Assembly: GCA_964605525.1 (NCBI GenBank)
Contig: CAZSCV010000003.1
Location: forward strand, 4,227 to 68,226
Direction of reading: 5' to 3'
From: an uncultured Bdellovibrionales bacterium
GTDB lineage: Bacteria; Patescibacteriota; Minisyncoccia; Moranbacterales; UBA9337
Length of the DNA: 64,000 bases
A model generated the notes under the pieces. That model was not told the origin of the DNA. It was given only the letters and a program-made list of their open reading frames with translations, and did not search any database. Of this stretch, positions 47,239 through 56,648 are shown in pieces (position 1 is the stretch's first letter; every line of letters begins with the position of its first letter). Made by a program: the position numbers and the translations under genes.

Positions 47239-47799
47239 TTAAAATATAAATGGAATCAGCGTCTTAACCTTATTTTTATATTCAAGATAGTCTGGAAAGT
47301 AGTTTATTAATATCCTTTCTTCTTTCTGAGCTTTATAATAAGCACCGAAGAAAAATGCAATGAAGAATATTAGCCAGCCTAATGTATCAACATACAAAAC
47401 AATTCCCAAGACCATTAAAATCAAACCGCTATAGATCGGATGGCGAACATAGGCGTATGGCCCGCTAGTGATAAGTTTATGATTTTCTTTTATAACAATA
47501 TTTGCGCTCCAATTTTTACCTAGATTTATACGAGCCCAAAGCATTACAAGCAAACCCGCGAATGTGACAACGTCAGCGACAATATAAGTTGTCCCCGTTT
47601 TTGACCACAAACTAATTGTCAAAAAATCAATATTTTTTTGTAGATAAATAAATAAAACTATAGTCGCATAGAAAATAATGCGCAAAATCCATCCTCCGGA
47701 TTTCCTGGCCACTCGCTTTGCAGAAAAAGCAGTTGCTACCCAAATGATAGCCATAACCAAAAAGCAAGTGATAATAAACAATGAATAAAAATTTATCAT
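47239..47799 (-). CDS. Isoprenylcysteine carboxyl methyltransferase family protein
   Basis: LGKNWS, HKLITSGPY.YVRHPIY, EE..L. Confidence 0.88.
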   Translation of the reverse strand: MINFYSLFIITCFLVMAIIWVATAFSAKRVARKSGGWILRIIFYATIVLFIYLQKNIDFLTISLWSKTGTTYIVADVVTFAGLLVMLWARINLGKNWSANIVIKENHKLITSGPYAYVRHPIYSGLILMVLGIVLYVDTLGWLIFFIAFFFGAYYKAQKEERILINYFPDYLEYKNKVKTLIPFIF

Positions 47800-47889
47800 A
47801 TGTTGATTATATCACAAGTTGAATTCTGTTAAGGTGCTAAATAAAAACTTATGTAGTATTAAAACCTAATTTTCTCTGCGTAATTTACA

Positions 47890-47919
47890 AAAGCCGCCCT
47901 CATTAATGAGGGCGGCTTT
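47890..47919. terminator. Intrinsic terminator
   Basis: AAAGCCGCCCTCAT-TA-ATGAGGGCGGCTTT downstream of DUF1428 gene. Confidence 0.7.
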
Positions 47920-47936
47920 GTTATTTTAAGTCAGTC

Positions 47937-48317
47937 CTATCCCTCTACTTCAACCTGAAAACCGCCGTAAGCCATCCGTTTCATATTAAAAGGCGCGGAC
48001 ATATCTTTGTTTTCTTCCATCTTCTTGCTCATTTCTTCCATCACTTTAGCATTGACCTCATTTCGATGTTTTTTGGATTTAAAGACTATGAAAGAAAACC
48101 AAATCGTATCCTCACTCGTTGCCTCAGTCATTTCAGGAAATGCACGTGCTTTTTCACCACCCATTTCTTGTGCAGCAAGGTCATCACCTTTGCATTCATA
48201 GTATTCAAGCGCGCCATACTTTATCCACATATCGCGACCGTCTTGGGCCATTTTCTTGTATTCCTCAACTTTGTCTTTTGGAACTACAAGCACAAATCCG
48301 TCTACATATTTTTCCAT
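47937..48317 (-). CDS. DUF1428 (YbaA-like) protein
   Basis: YVDGFVLVVP, GALEY.EC.GDD, PF.MKRM.YGGF. Confidence 0.88.
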   Translation of the reverse strand: MEKYVDGFVLVVPKDKVEEYKKMAQDGRDMWIKYGALEYYECKGDDLAAQEMGGEKARAFPEMTEATSEDTIWFSFIVFKSKKHRNEVNAKVMEEMSKKMEENKDMSAPFNMKRMAYGGFQVEVEG

Positions 48318-48599
48318 AATTTATTCACCACCTTTCTAGTATCTATTTTCGCTATTATTATACTATTTACCAAAATCAATCGCAATGCATATTTATTTGA
48401 AATAGTAGTGAAACAAATTAGACCTAGTCGAAGATAGATATTGATTTTTATTATGATAAGTTTTATTTAGATCAAACAAGGCAATTAAAGATTATCCTCG
48501 ATTGCTTTTATCACTTGTTGGATAATTTATCAAATATTGCAATAATTATAAAACGAGAATAGTATTTATATAAATATTAAATATAAAAATCCAATACTT

Positions 48600-49673
48600 A
48601 TGGGCAAGAATAATACTGTTAAAAAACGTATCGCCGTGATTTTTGGCGGGCGATCGGGCGAACATGAGGTGTCCTTGAAATCAGCTCATCAGGTAATAAA
48701 TGCTCTTGATAAGAATAAATACGAAATTATTCCTGTGGCGATAACCAAAGTCGGTTATTGGCTGGTCGGGGAAGGGGAAAAGGGACGGAAATATTTGGAG
48801 GATAATTTAGAAAAGGCTGATCATGAGGGTGGAGTAGAGAGTGGCGACATATCGGAATGTTGTAGTAAATTTCCGGAAAAATTCCCATCGGTTGATTTAG
48901 TATTGCCAATTATGCATGGCACATTCGGAGAAGATGGAAAATTGCAAGGAATGCTTGAGATGTTGGGACTGCCATATGTTTTTTCCGGAGTTTTGGCGAG
49001 CTCCCTGGCGATGAATAAAAGGAAAACTAAAATTATTGCAAAAGCTTCTGGTCTTAAAATCGCGAAAGACGTCATAGTTATTAGGGGTAAAAAATTTAAT
49101 GCGGAGAAAATCATTGCCAAATTAAATTTTCCAATTGTCATCAAGCCGAGTGAGTTAGGTTCATCGGTCGGAACTAGTTTGGCTAACTCCAAAGAAGAAT
49201 TGGAAAATGGAATTGAAGAAGCTTTTAAATATGGAGATGAAATTCTGCTCGAACAGTTCATAAAAGGACGCGAACTGACAGTGGCGGTGATGGGAGATAA
49301 ATCTCCAAAAGCTCTTCCTGTCATTGAAATTATTCCGAAAATTTCTGGCTGGTTTGATTATCGCGCTAAATATGAAGCAGGCGGTTCGCAGGAAGTTTGT
49401 CCGGCTGAAATTTCAGAAGAAATTCGAAAAAAAGTTCAACGCTATGCTGTCAAAGTTTTCAAAGCGGTGGGATGCCTTGATCTTGCCCGGGCAGATTTTA
49501 TTTGGAGCGTCGAAGATGGCAAATTATATTTTCTCGAAATCAATACTATCCCCGGCATGACCGCCACAAGCCTCGCCCCGCAAGCAGCAGCCGCCGCCGG
49601 AATGGAGTTTTCGGTTTTTTTGGACAAATTAATTGAGGGAGCAATAAAAAGAAACAAAAAAATACAGGGCTAA
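48600..49673 (+). CDS. ddl: D-alanine--D-alanine ligase
   Basis: FGGRSGEHEVS, HG.FGEDG, GSSVG, EINTIPG.T..S. Confidence 0.96.
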   Translation: MGKNNTVKKRIAVIFGGRSGEHEVSLKSAHQVINALDKNKYEIIPVAITKVGYWLVGEGEKGRKYLEDNLEKADHEGGVESGDISECCSKFPEKFPSVDLVLPIMHGTFGEDGKLQGMLEMLGLPYVFSGVLASSLAMNKRKTKIIAKASGLKIAKDVIVIRGKKFNAEKIIAKLNFPIVIKPSELGSSVGTSLANSKEELENGIEEAFKYGDEILLEQFIKGRELTVAVMGDKSPKALPVIEIIPKISGWFDYRAKYEAGGSQEVCPAEISEEIRKKVQRYAVKVFKAVGCLDLARADFIWSVEDGKLYFLEINTIPGMTATSLAPQAAAAAGMEFSVFLDKLIEGAIKRNKKIQG

Positions 49674-49686
49674 CCCTGTATTTTTT
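49656..49686 (+). terminator. Terminator hairpin overlapping ddl stop
   Basis: AAAAAATACAGGG-CTAA-CCCTGTATTTTTT. Confidence 0.65.
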
Positions 49687-49941
49687 AAAATGCTCCGAAG
49701 CCTGGAAGAAGTCAGAACCTATTTCAAAAAACAAGAAGTGAACAATTGCCACAGTGACGGATTGGGTTAATTAACCTCGAGCAGCCTAATTGCCACTTGT
49801 TTGGCCGTGTGTCGAATGATTGAAGAGTGATGGCGGAATTGCCCAGTATTGAAGAATTTGTAGAACCTTACGCAAAATTTAAGAGCCCTGCCAGTCGTTC
49901 GACCAGCAGGGCTCATAATACGTTCATGTACTTTTTTCAGG

Positions 49942-50661
49942 TTACTGTTCCATGGTGGCACACAGGCGCGCCCAGTTTTTCTTCACCTCGAGTTCGAGAC
50001 GACCTGCTTCGATGTCAGCGACAACTGCGGGGTCATCCTGCTCGTATTCCAGATACGCTTCACGAATGGAGGCGATGACGGGCAGACCCTTGTAAGTCGT
50101 GTCGTAAATCGGAGATCGGTTGAATGCTCCGACGAGGAGCACGATGTTTACCCCGGTCACAGCGATTTCCGCCAGGGTATTATCGGTATTCTGGAAGTTG
50201 TTGTAAACGTCTTCCGCGATCGCGACACGTTCGCCCTGTTCAAAATCGAACTGCGAGAGGTCCCAACTGTATTCTTGTTTCTTGCCAACCTCGGTCGGTT
50301 TCGGTTTCTTGTCCGCATATGCGAACCGCTTACCAGCAACGAGCGCAAGCATCTGACCGAATGTCCGACCACCTTGCGGGATTCCGCAGATAGTATCGAA
50401 CGAGTCGAGTAAGTCCTGATCGCAGAGTTTCTGATATGCCGCCTCGGCAAACGCCTCAACAGCTTTCGGATGGACTTCAATCCTCCGAAAGTTGAAGTAG
50501 ATGTCTCCGACGAGGTTTCGTCCCTTGGCGTCTTTTCCCGCATAGACGACCAAAGGTCCCTTACGTTGAGAGCCGACTTTCGGACAAACATATACAGCGC
50601 CGCAGCGCTTTCCAAGCTCCAGAAGGTCTTCTCCTGGATACGGAACAATAAAATTCGACAT
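49942..50661 (-). CDS. Type I phosphoribosyltransferase, orotate PRTase-like (divergent)
   Basis: DIYFN, GIPQGG, GERVAIAEDV (PRPP loop, atypical tail YNNFQN); AGGAGG SD. Confidence 0.7.
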   Translation of the reverse strand: MSNFIVPYPGEDLLELGKRCGAVYVCPKVGSQRKGPLVVYAGKDAKGRNLVGDIYFNFRRIEVHPKAVEAFAEAAYQKLCDQDLLDSFDTICGIPQGGRTFGQMLALVAGKRFAYADKKPKPTEVGKKQEYSWDLSQFDFEQGERVAIAEDVYNNFQNTDNTLAEIAVTGVNIVLLVGAFNRSPIYDTTYKGLPVIASIREAYLEYEQDDPAVVADIEAGRLELEVKKNWARLCATMEQ

Positions 50662-50881
50662 TTTCTTCCTCCTTTTCGGTTATACTTCACTCAAAAAAAC
50701 TTCACCCCTTGCCAATAATCCTCCTTTCGAGAAATTTGATAACTAACTTATATATAAATTTTTATTCTTTTTTCAAGGTTCAAAAACTGCCTAAAAAAGC
50801 AGTTCCTTATAATAACAGGTATTCATATTTATGCAATATAAGGGGGCTTTAAATTCTTGAATTTATTTTTAAAGCAAAATT

Positions 50882-50930
50882 TTCGAACCGATATAATAGC
50901 GCAAAAGAGCCTTAGTAAGGCTCTTTTGGA
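50882..50930 (+). repeat. Cassette-boundary repeat, diverged copy
   Basis: TTCGAACC..ATAGC.CAAAAGAGCCTT-AGT-AAGGCTCTTTTG. Confidence 0.7.
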
Positions 50931-50984
50931 ATGATGCCATGAAGTCCGGAGGCAGGCAGGGTCACTTTGGGAAAATAAATAGTC

Positions 50985-51371
50985 CTAATCTAGTTGGTTT
51001 ATCTGTATTAGATTTCCACAGGTGTCATTAAACACCGCAATCGTTGATCCCGTCACTTTTGTTGGCTCCATGGTAAAGGATACGCCCAATTCCTTCAATT
51101 TTTCATATTCTTTTTGGATATCATCGACAAAAAATGCCGTAGCTGGTATGTTTTGTTCAAAAATAGCTTTCTGATATATTTTGGCGGCAGGATTTTCGTT
51201 GGGTTCGAGAAGAAGCTCGGTCCCATCCGGCTGTTCGGGAGAAACAACGGTTAGCCACCTATATTCTCCAGCAGACACGTCATTTTTTTTCACAAAACCT
51301 AAAACTTCCGTATAGAACTCCAGCGCTTTTGTCTGGTTGTCTACAAACACGCTGGTCACTTTGATTTTCAT
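50985..51371 (-). CDS. VOC/glyoxalase family protein
   Basis: ALEFYTEVLGF, RWLTV, F.DTCGNLIQ. Confidence 0.9.
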   Translation of the reverse strand: MKIKVTSVFVDNQTKALEFYTEVLGFVKKNDVSAGEYRWLTVVSPEQPDGTELLLEPNENPAAKIYQKAIFEQNIPATAFFVDDIQKEYEKLKELGVSFTMEPTKVTGSTIAVFNDTCGNLIQINQLD

Positions 51372-51401
51372 AAGATTAATGCGTTATTTGAATTATTTTA
51401 T

Positions 51402-51558
51402 TTATTCCCCATCATAGGCTTTTTGCAATTCCACCATGTTTATTTTCTTCATTTTAAGCACGGCTCCCATGACTCTTTCAGTTTTGTCTTGATCTCGAAG
51501 CATTTTTTCGATAGTATCCGGAACAATTTGCCAAGAAAGACCGAAGCGATCTTCTAAA
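51402..51558 (-). pseudogene. C-terminal fragment of PhnB-like VOC protein
   Basis: LEDRFGLSWQIVP..RVM.A.LKMKKI; N-terminal two-thirds missing. Confidence 0.7.
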
Positions 51559-51559
51559 T

Positions 51560-51799
51560 TTATTACAAAAACCCACACGAATAATTGCATATTTTTAGGT
51601 ATCCTTAATCCTGATAAGGAAACATTAATGGAAAAACCGAAAAAGACCACGGGTATTGCCAATGATATTTGCAAGGATTTAAAAAGTGGATTGGCTCAAA
51701 AGCCGATATAATGCTTTGTCTTTATTATGTGGAGGTTGGCATGAAATACACCTATACTTACGGCGATATCAATGAACCTTTTTGTGCCCGCATGAATAA
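51560..51799 (+). pseudogene. Degenerate fragment resembling DUF6155 family
   Basis: LCLYYVEVG.KYT.TYGDINEPF with in-frame stop upstream and no start. Confidence 0.4.
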
Positions 51800-51876
51800 A
51801 GGGGGTCAGGTACCTTTTTTGTTTTAGTGCATAGCAAGGATGATCCCCAACTAATCTTATCAACGAACTCCGCAAA

Positions 51877-52683
51877 TCATTTACTGCTAAAATTTGTCAG
51901 AATAACGACTTCTTTCTCATGGATATGTCCATCTTTTTCGTGTCTTTTGACAAAAAACTTCCTTGCACTTTCTTTGATTTCATCCGACATATCATGCAGA
52001 TGCCGCATGCCTATCCACTCCAAGACCAGATTGCCGTTTTTATTAAGGATATTGCCTCTTGTCAAAACACCGGAAAATATCGTATCAAATTTTTTGACTT
52101 TGATCCTATGTGCGCTAAGCCCGCTCAGTAACGAATCAATTTCATTCCTTGATGACCCATATTGATCGTCGGTTATTTTTTTAAGCCCGCCCAAAAAAGA
52201 ATTTGCGTCATTCACCACGAAAACTGCGACTCCATCCCTTTTAAGCATTTTTCTTATCTTATCCAGATATGAGTTATTTCTAAAGGTATAGATACTATGG
52301 ATAAGAAAAATGATGTCATATTTGCTCTGGGTGGAAAATTTTTCGAAAGTACTCTTTTTTGTGACAATGGGATACTTTTTCTTGGCCGATTCCCCAATGC
52401 AGTTTTTTATAAATTCTTCTGAAGGCTCCACCAGATCAGCTTCGGCAATTATTTCTTTTTGTTTGAATAAATCAAGAAGATGCCTAAGTCGCTTGCCATC
52501 ACCGCCACCGACATCCAATATCTTTAGTTCTTTTTTATTTCTAATTTCAGGATAGACAATATCAAAAACACTAAGAATCAATGAATCTTTTTTGCCATAA
52601 AGTATGTTTTTGAATTCGTTGTATTTACGGGCTCCTTCCGAGGAATTCAAATAATCCAAGTACTGTTTCTTTACATCTTTCAT
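51877..52683 (-). CDS. Class I SAM-dependent methyltransferase
   Basis: ILDVGGGDG, VEPS, YDIIFLIHSIY. Confidence 0.85.
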   Translation of the reverse strand: MKDVKKQYLDYLNSSEGARKYNEFKNILYGKKDSLILSVFDIVYPEIRNKKELKILDVGGGDGKRLRHLLDLFKQKEIIAEADLVEPSEEFIKNCIGESAKKKYPIVTKKSTFEKFSTQSKYDIIFLIHSIYTFRNNSYLDKIRKMLKRDGVAVFVVNDANSFLGGLKKITDDQYGSSRNEIDSLLSGLSAHRIKVKKFDTIFSGVLTRGNILNKNGNLVLEWIGMRHLHDMSDEIKESARKFFVKRHEKDGHIHEKEVVILTNFSSK

Positions 52684-52717
52684 AAACAAAGTCTAATACT
52701 TTATTGTGCCCTTGTCT

Positions 52718-52778
52718 AATGTTTGAGCCTGTTTTATAGCAAAAAAGAGCCTTCCTTTGGCTCTTTTGAGATTTGCTC
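52718..52778 (+). repeat. 61-bp cassette-boundary direct repeat upstream of pyrF
   Basis: Matches 53794-53855 with 3 substitutions and 1 indel. Confidence 0.9.
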
Positions 52779-52972
52779 CGCGAGCTCAAATCTATTCGAA
52801 CCTATTCCAATAGTTAAGCACGCCTGGATTAGAAAATATTCGAACTTTACAGATTAAGTCTCATATACTTGCTTTTTATGTCTAAACCTGTACAATCTAT
52901 GCAGGTAGAAATGGGAGTTAGGCATGGGGCTTAACTCTTCAGTTATTGCACAATCTCAATCAGGGAGGCATT

Positions 52973-53698
52973 ATGGACTCAGGGAGAACGATTTGGGCAG
53001 CATTGGACACAGACAAGAGAAAGGCTCTACAGATCGCAAAAACCATTGCTTCACATCCGGCAATTTTCGGCTTCAAAGTCAACCGTTTGATCGATCAGGA
53101 GGTTTTCCGTAAAGACGGCGAACCGGCCTTGTTCGAAGAGCTGGCACAGCATGGTCTTCCGATCTGGGTTGATCTGAAACTGTTCGACATCCCCAGGACT
53201 GTCGTCGAAAGGCTCATGCCGTATATCCAATCAGGATACGTTCAGTTCATCACTGTTATGGCCAAGGGCGAGGTCGACATGATGGCTGACGGTGTTGCTG
53301 CGATGGGCGACAAAGGAAACATCATCGCCGTCACCGAACTGACATCATTTTCCGAAGAACAAGTTCACCTCGGGAGTGGTCATCCCTCAAAGGCATCCGT
53401 AATCAATCTGGCTCGCATCTCTGTACTGGCTGGAGTACGTTATATGGTCTGTTCCTCTCAGGAACTGGGGGTGTTGAAAAGTCGGAGGGAATTGGTTTCC
53501 CTTCGCAAGTTCGTTCCGGGGATAACTCCCGACTGGAAAAAGGGAGAAAACCAGCCGGGTCAGAAACGAGTCGGTAGTCCTGCCTTTGCTCTCAGCGGAG
53601 GTGCAGACAAAATCGTCATCGGCGGAGCGATCGTCAACGATGCTGATCCCCTGGGAGCAGTCGAAAAGACGGCTCAGGAAATTGAAGCCATCGACTGA
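52973..53698 (+). CDS. pyrF: Orotidine-5'-phosphate decarboxylase
   Basis: ALD, FK, DLKLFDIPRT, VTELTS, VCS, PGI, Q.RV..P; GGAGG SD. Confidence 0.88.
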   Translation: MDSGRTIWAALDTDKRKALQIAKTIASHPAIFGFKVNRLIDQEVFRKDGEPALFEELAQHGLPIWVDLKLFDIPRTVVERLMPYIQSGYVQFITVMAKGEVDMMADGVAAMGDKGNIIAVTELTSFSEEQVHLGSGHPSKASVINLARISVLAGVRYMVCSSQELGVLKSRRELVSLRKFVPGITPDWKKGENQPGQKRVGSPAFALSGGADKIVIGGAIVNDADPLGAVEKTAQEIEAID

Positions 53699-53793
53699 AA
53701 TCACAATCACTATTTGTCATCAAGAAGCCGAAAGTTCGCAGTGCGAACCGTAGGCTTTTTTATTTTTTGTAAAATAAAAGAGTTAATGCAATC

Positions 53794-53855
53794 AATGTTC
53801 GAACCTGTTTTATAGCACAAAAAGAGCCTTCATTTGGCTCTTTTGAGATTTGCTC
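53794..53855 (+). repeat. 62-bp cassette-boundary direct repeat downstream of pyrF
   Basis: AATGTTCGAACCTGTTTTATAGCACAAAAAGAGCCTTCATTTGGCTCTTTTGAGATTTGCTC. Confidence 0.9.
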
Positions 53856-54003
53856 TGCTGAATTGTTGTATTCAGAACTGAAATCGCTCAAATTAGCCGG
53901 GGATTTGAACTTGTTTTTGAAAACTTTTGCACTCCAATAAAAAAAACGACCCGCTCTATATAAGCAACGGGTCGCACATCTTGAATCTACTTGCTGAACA
54001 CTG

Positions 54004-54528
54004 TCAGCTCAGGAAGTCCACGCCAGCCTTCCTCTCTTCATCGTTTTCGTAAGCGTTGTGGGCCAGTCCGACGATAACATCGGCTATCATACCGGAAATC
54101 ATCTTGTCGAACCAGGGTTGAACGCCGGAACATGTCACGACGATACCCCGCCTTTTGACGCCGCCCCAGTAAGGTGTGTCATCTGAGAACAGCAGATGCG
54201 GAATAGGCATTGTGCGGTCATCGTTCCTGTCGGTCCAAAGCTGAAGCGCCTTGCACCGAGCAATGTTATCATAGGGATGTTCCCAACCCTCTTCTTTGCC
54301 GAGACTGTGCTCATAAAGAGACACAGCCTGAAGCGGATAGTTGGGCCAGTCAGGATAGTCGGCCTCGCGGTCGTCCTTCATGCCGGGCACCAGTATGACA
54401 ATGTGGCACTGCACCCGCTTGAGTAAGGGACGAAGTAGCGACGAATCTCCCATGACTGCGCCAAGAACTGCCTCGACTGCTTTACGTGCATCTTCCTCGG
54501 TGAGATACTTTGGTGTAATCAACTTCAT
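54004..54528 (-). CDS. Hypothetical protein (possible GlcG/heme-binding-like fold)
   Basis: AGGAGG SD; IA..KA, GGV...GIVV.CSG....D. Confidence 0.65.
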   Translation of the reverse strand: MKLITPKYLTEEDARKAVEAVLGAVMGDSSLLRPLLKRVQCHIVILVPGMKDDREADYPDWPNYPLQAVSLYEHSLGKEEGWEHPYDNIARCKALQLWTDRNDDRTMPIPHLLFSDDTPYWGGVKRRGIVVTCSGVQPWFDKMISGMIADVIVGLAHNAYENDEERKAGVDFLS

Positions 54529-54546
54529 GTGTTCCTCCTTTGTCGG

Positions 54547-55908
54547 TTATTTCATTGCTTCGAGGATGCTTTCCTCGGTTTCTTTCTTTTCGGCTTGATG
54601 AACTGCATCCTCAGCATCTCTCTTTTCCCTTTCTGCAATCAGTTCGCGAACTTTTTCTACGAGTTCCTGGTCATCCGCGAACTCCTCAAGCATCTGGCCT
54701 GCCGCACGCCTCGTCTCCGCATCGTATACATGGAATCTTCCATATTCTTCCACATTTTTGATGACGGCGTATCTGGCGATTTTGTGCCGAAGCTCTTTAA
54801 AGGAGTCTGCGGACAAAAGCTCGAAGAAGTTGATAACATTGAAGGCATCGATCAGATGTTTGTTTGACTGAAGATTATCCACGAGGAACTGCACCTGCTC
54901 AATGAAGAACTTCTTGGAGTAGTGTAGGCCGTAGAACTGCATCTGAATGAAACTGGAATAGCAGCGCAGAGCGTCTTCATGCTCTTCTCTGGGCTTTGCT
55001 TTTCCTTCGATCTCGGCACGCACTATATCTCGCATCTTCCCGTCGGCCAACCTTTTCCATTTCTCATTGATGTCGTCGGAGTACATGAGGTTCCGGAAAG
55101 GATTGTATCCTGAAGCAAAATCCATATTCCAGAACGTTGAGATGTCATTAAGGGAATACAGCGGAAATATTTTTTCTGCCTGCTCAGCAGGAAGCTTTGC
55201 AAGCAGTTTCAGGATGCAGTGGTTGTAGAAGTGCAGCGCATCATGATATTTGTCGGGTATCGACATGTACACCATAATACCACCGCCACCTTCGGCAACA
55301 TTCCTCGGCCGATCGCAATGCATCGGACTCAGCGCAGTTACAAACTGTGTGATAAGCTCCGATACGTAACTCAGTAGATCGGGAGTCAGCTTGTCGAGGA
55401 TGTCTGACCTGTGATAAAACTTGCCAATATCTCCTTTCCAGTAAAGCGGGTTCACTGCAGCCGAAGGCACCATTAGCAGAAACAGTGCCCGCTTCTTGAA
55501 ACTATCGTTCACCTGCTGGGAAAGAAGATCGAGCAAGTCCCTTACTTCTCTGGACTTGAAGTCGACCCATTTTTTCCATTTCATATCTTCTTCCGTGGGA
55601 AACCACTTGCTTCTAAGTCTCTTGAGTAAAAACATCAGTCTTTCCATGATTTCTTCCTCCTGTGCTGTTTGCTCGTCAGACGGCTTCCAATGCCGTCCTT
55701 TTTTGGCTCTCCATCCCTGTCTCTTTTCCCGAAGCTCGTAAAGAAAGACGACTTCTCCAGGTTCCGGGTGCCCATGCTCCTGCCACACATTACGCTCCAA
55801 AGAGAACGTAACCGAGCCAGTGAACACCTGTGTGGTCGCAATGGCATACGGCCCGTGCGGTCCCACTGGAACAACTTTTTCAACTATGGCTTTTATGCCT
55901 TTTTCCAC
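54547..55908 (-). CDS. Hypothetical protein
   Basis: GTG start with AGGAGGTGA SD; 453 aa. Confidence 0.75.
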   Translation of the reverse strand: MEKGIKAIVEKVVPVGPHGPYAIATTQVFTGSVTFSLERNVWQEHGHPEPGEVVFLYELREKRQGWRAKKGRHWKPSDEQTAQEEEIMERLMFLLKRLRSKWFPTEEDMKWKKWVDFKSREVRDLLDLLSQQVNDSFKKRALFLLMVPSAAVNPLYWKGDIGKFYHRSDILDKLTPDLLSYVSELITQFVTALSPMHCDRPRNVAEGGGGIMVYMSIPDKYHDALHFYNHCILKLLAKLPAEQAEKIFPLYSLNDISTFWNMDFASGYNPFRNLMYSDDINEKWKRLADGKMRDIVRAEIEGKAKPREEHEDALRCYSSFIQMQFYGLHYSKKFFIEQVQFLVDNLQSNKHLIDAFNVINFFELLSADSFKELRHKIARYAVIKNVEEYGRFHVYDAETRRAAGQMLEEFADDQELVEKVRELIAEREKRDAEDAVHQAEKKETEESILEAMK

Positions 55909-56122
55909 GCTTTTCTCACCTCCTTTCGCATTGAGTTTTTAAAGGTCAACTGACGATAAATAATAATATGAACTAGTGCAAAAGTCAAGGGGCTGTAGAG
56001 TTACCCGAATTCAAACCCCAAAGCCCCTTTTTCCGGTGAGTGTGAATATTTGTGTTAAAAACAATTAAAAAACCCTCCAAACAGAGAGGGTCATTTTACC
56101 AAAGAATTTCTGATCATTTGTT

Positions 56123-56413
56123 TCAAACTGCTTTTTCCTTTGCTGGTTTTGAAGTATTTTCTTTAAAATAATGTCGCAGTTGTTTTTTGAGATATGTTCG
56201 ACCGGAACCACCCTTGAGAAATTTTTCTCGTCCGACCGCATCAGCTTTATTGAGATATGCTTCGTAATAAATTAATTTCCAATTTTTCTTCAAAGAAGTT
56301 GTTCTGCATCCATATCCTCTTTGATGATCATTAACTCTGGTTTTCAAATCATTAGTATATCCAATATACCAAGAATTATCATTTTGACACTCTAATAAAT
56401 AGGCGTAATACAT
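56123..56413 (-). CDS. Small GIY-YIG nuclease
   Basis: YYAYLL, WYIGYT, R..DH, YYEAY, A..REKFLKGG.GR. Confidence 0.92.
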   Translation of the reverse strand: MYYAYLLECQNDNSWYIGYTNDLKTRVNDHQRGYGCRTTSLKKNWKLIYYEAYLNKADAVGREKFLKGGSGRTYLKKQLRHYFKENTSKPAKEKAV

Positions 56414-56564
56414 GATTTTAAATTAGTGAATTATGTTTTAATTATACAGTAAAAAAAGACCTGTCGCGCCACGAAAAATGGCTTCGCCATCTCGTGGCCA
56501 CGAAAAACTTACAAAAAAGGTGGAGTTATATAGTTTTGTAAAATATGGCGGCGCCACGAGATGA

Positions 56565-56597
56565 AAAAAAGACTATCCCGTCAGGGTAGTCTTTTTT
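56565..56597 (-). terminator. Terminator of the tRNA-Asn transcript
   Basis: AAAAAAGACTATCC-CGTCA-GGGTAGTCTTTTTT hairpin with flanking tracts. Confidence 0.7.
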
Positions 56598-56648
56598 GAG
56601 TTTTTCGTGGCTCCGACGGTAGGATTCGAACCTACGACCAAGTGATTA

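Noticed and set aside
49827-50718. Overlapping ORFs around the PRTase gene
   Set aside because: Expected in GC-richer DNA; only the PRTase frame has an SD and family motifs
46000-56600. Prophage or classical integrative element
   Set aside because: No integrase, replication, structural or conjugation genes; the housekeeping gene ddl lies within the region
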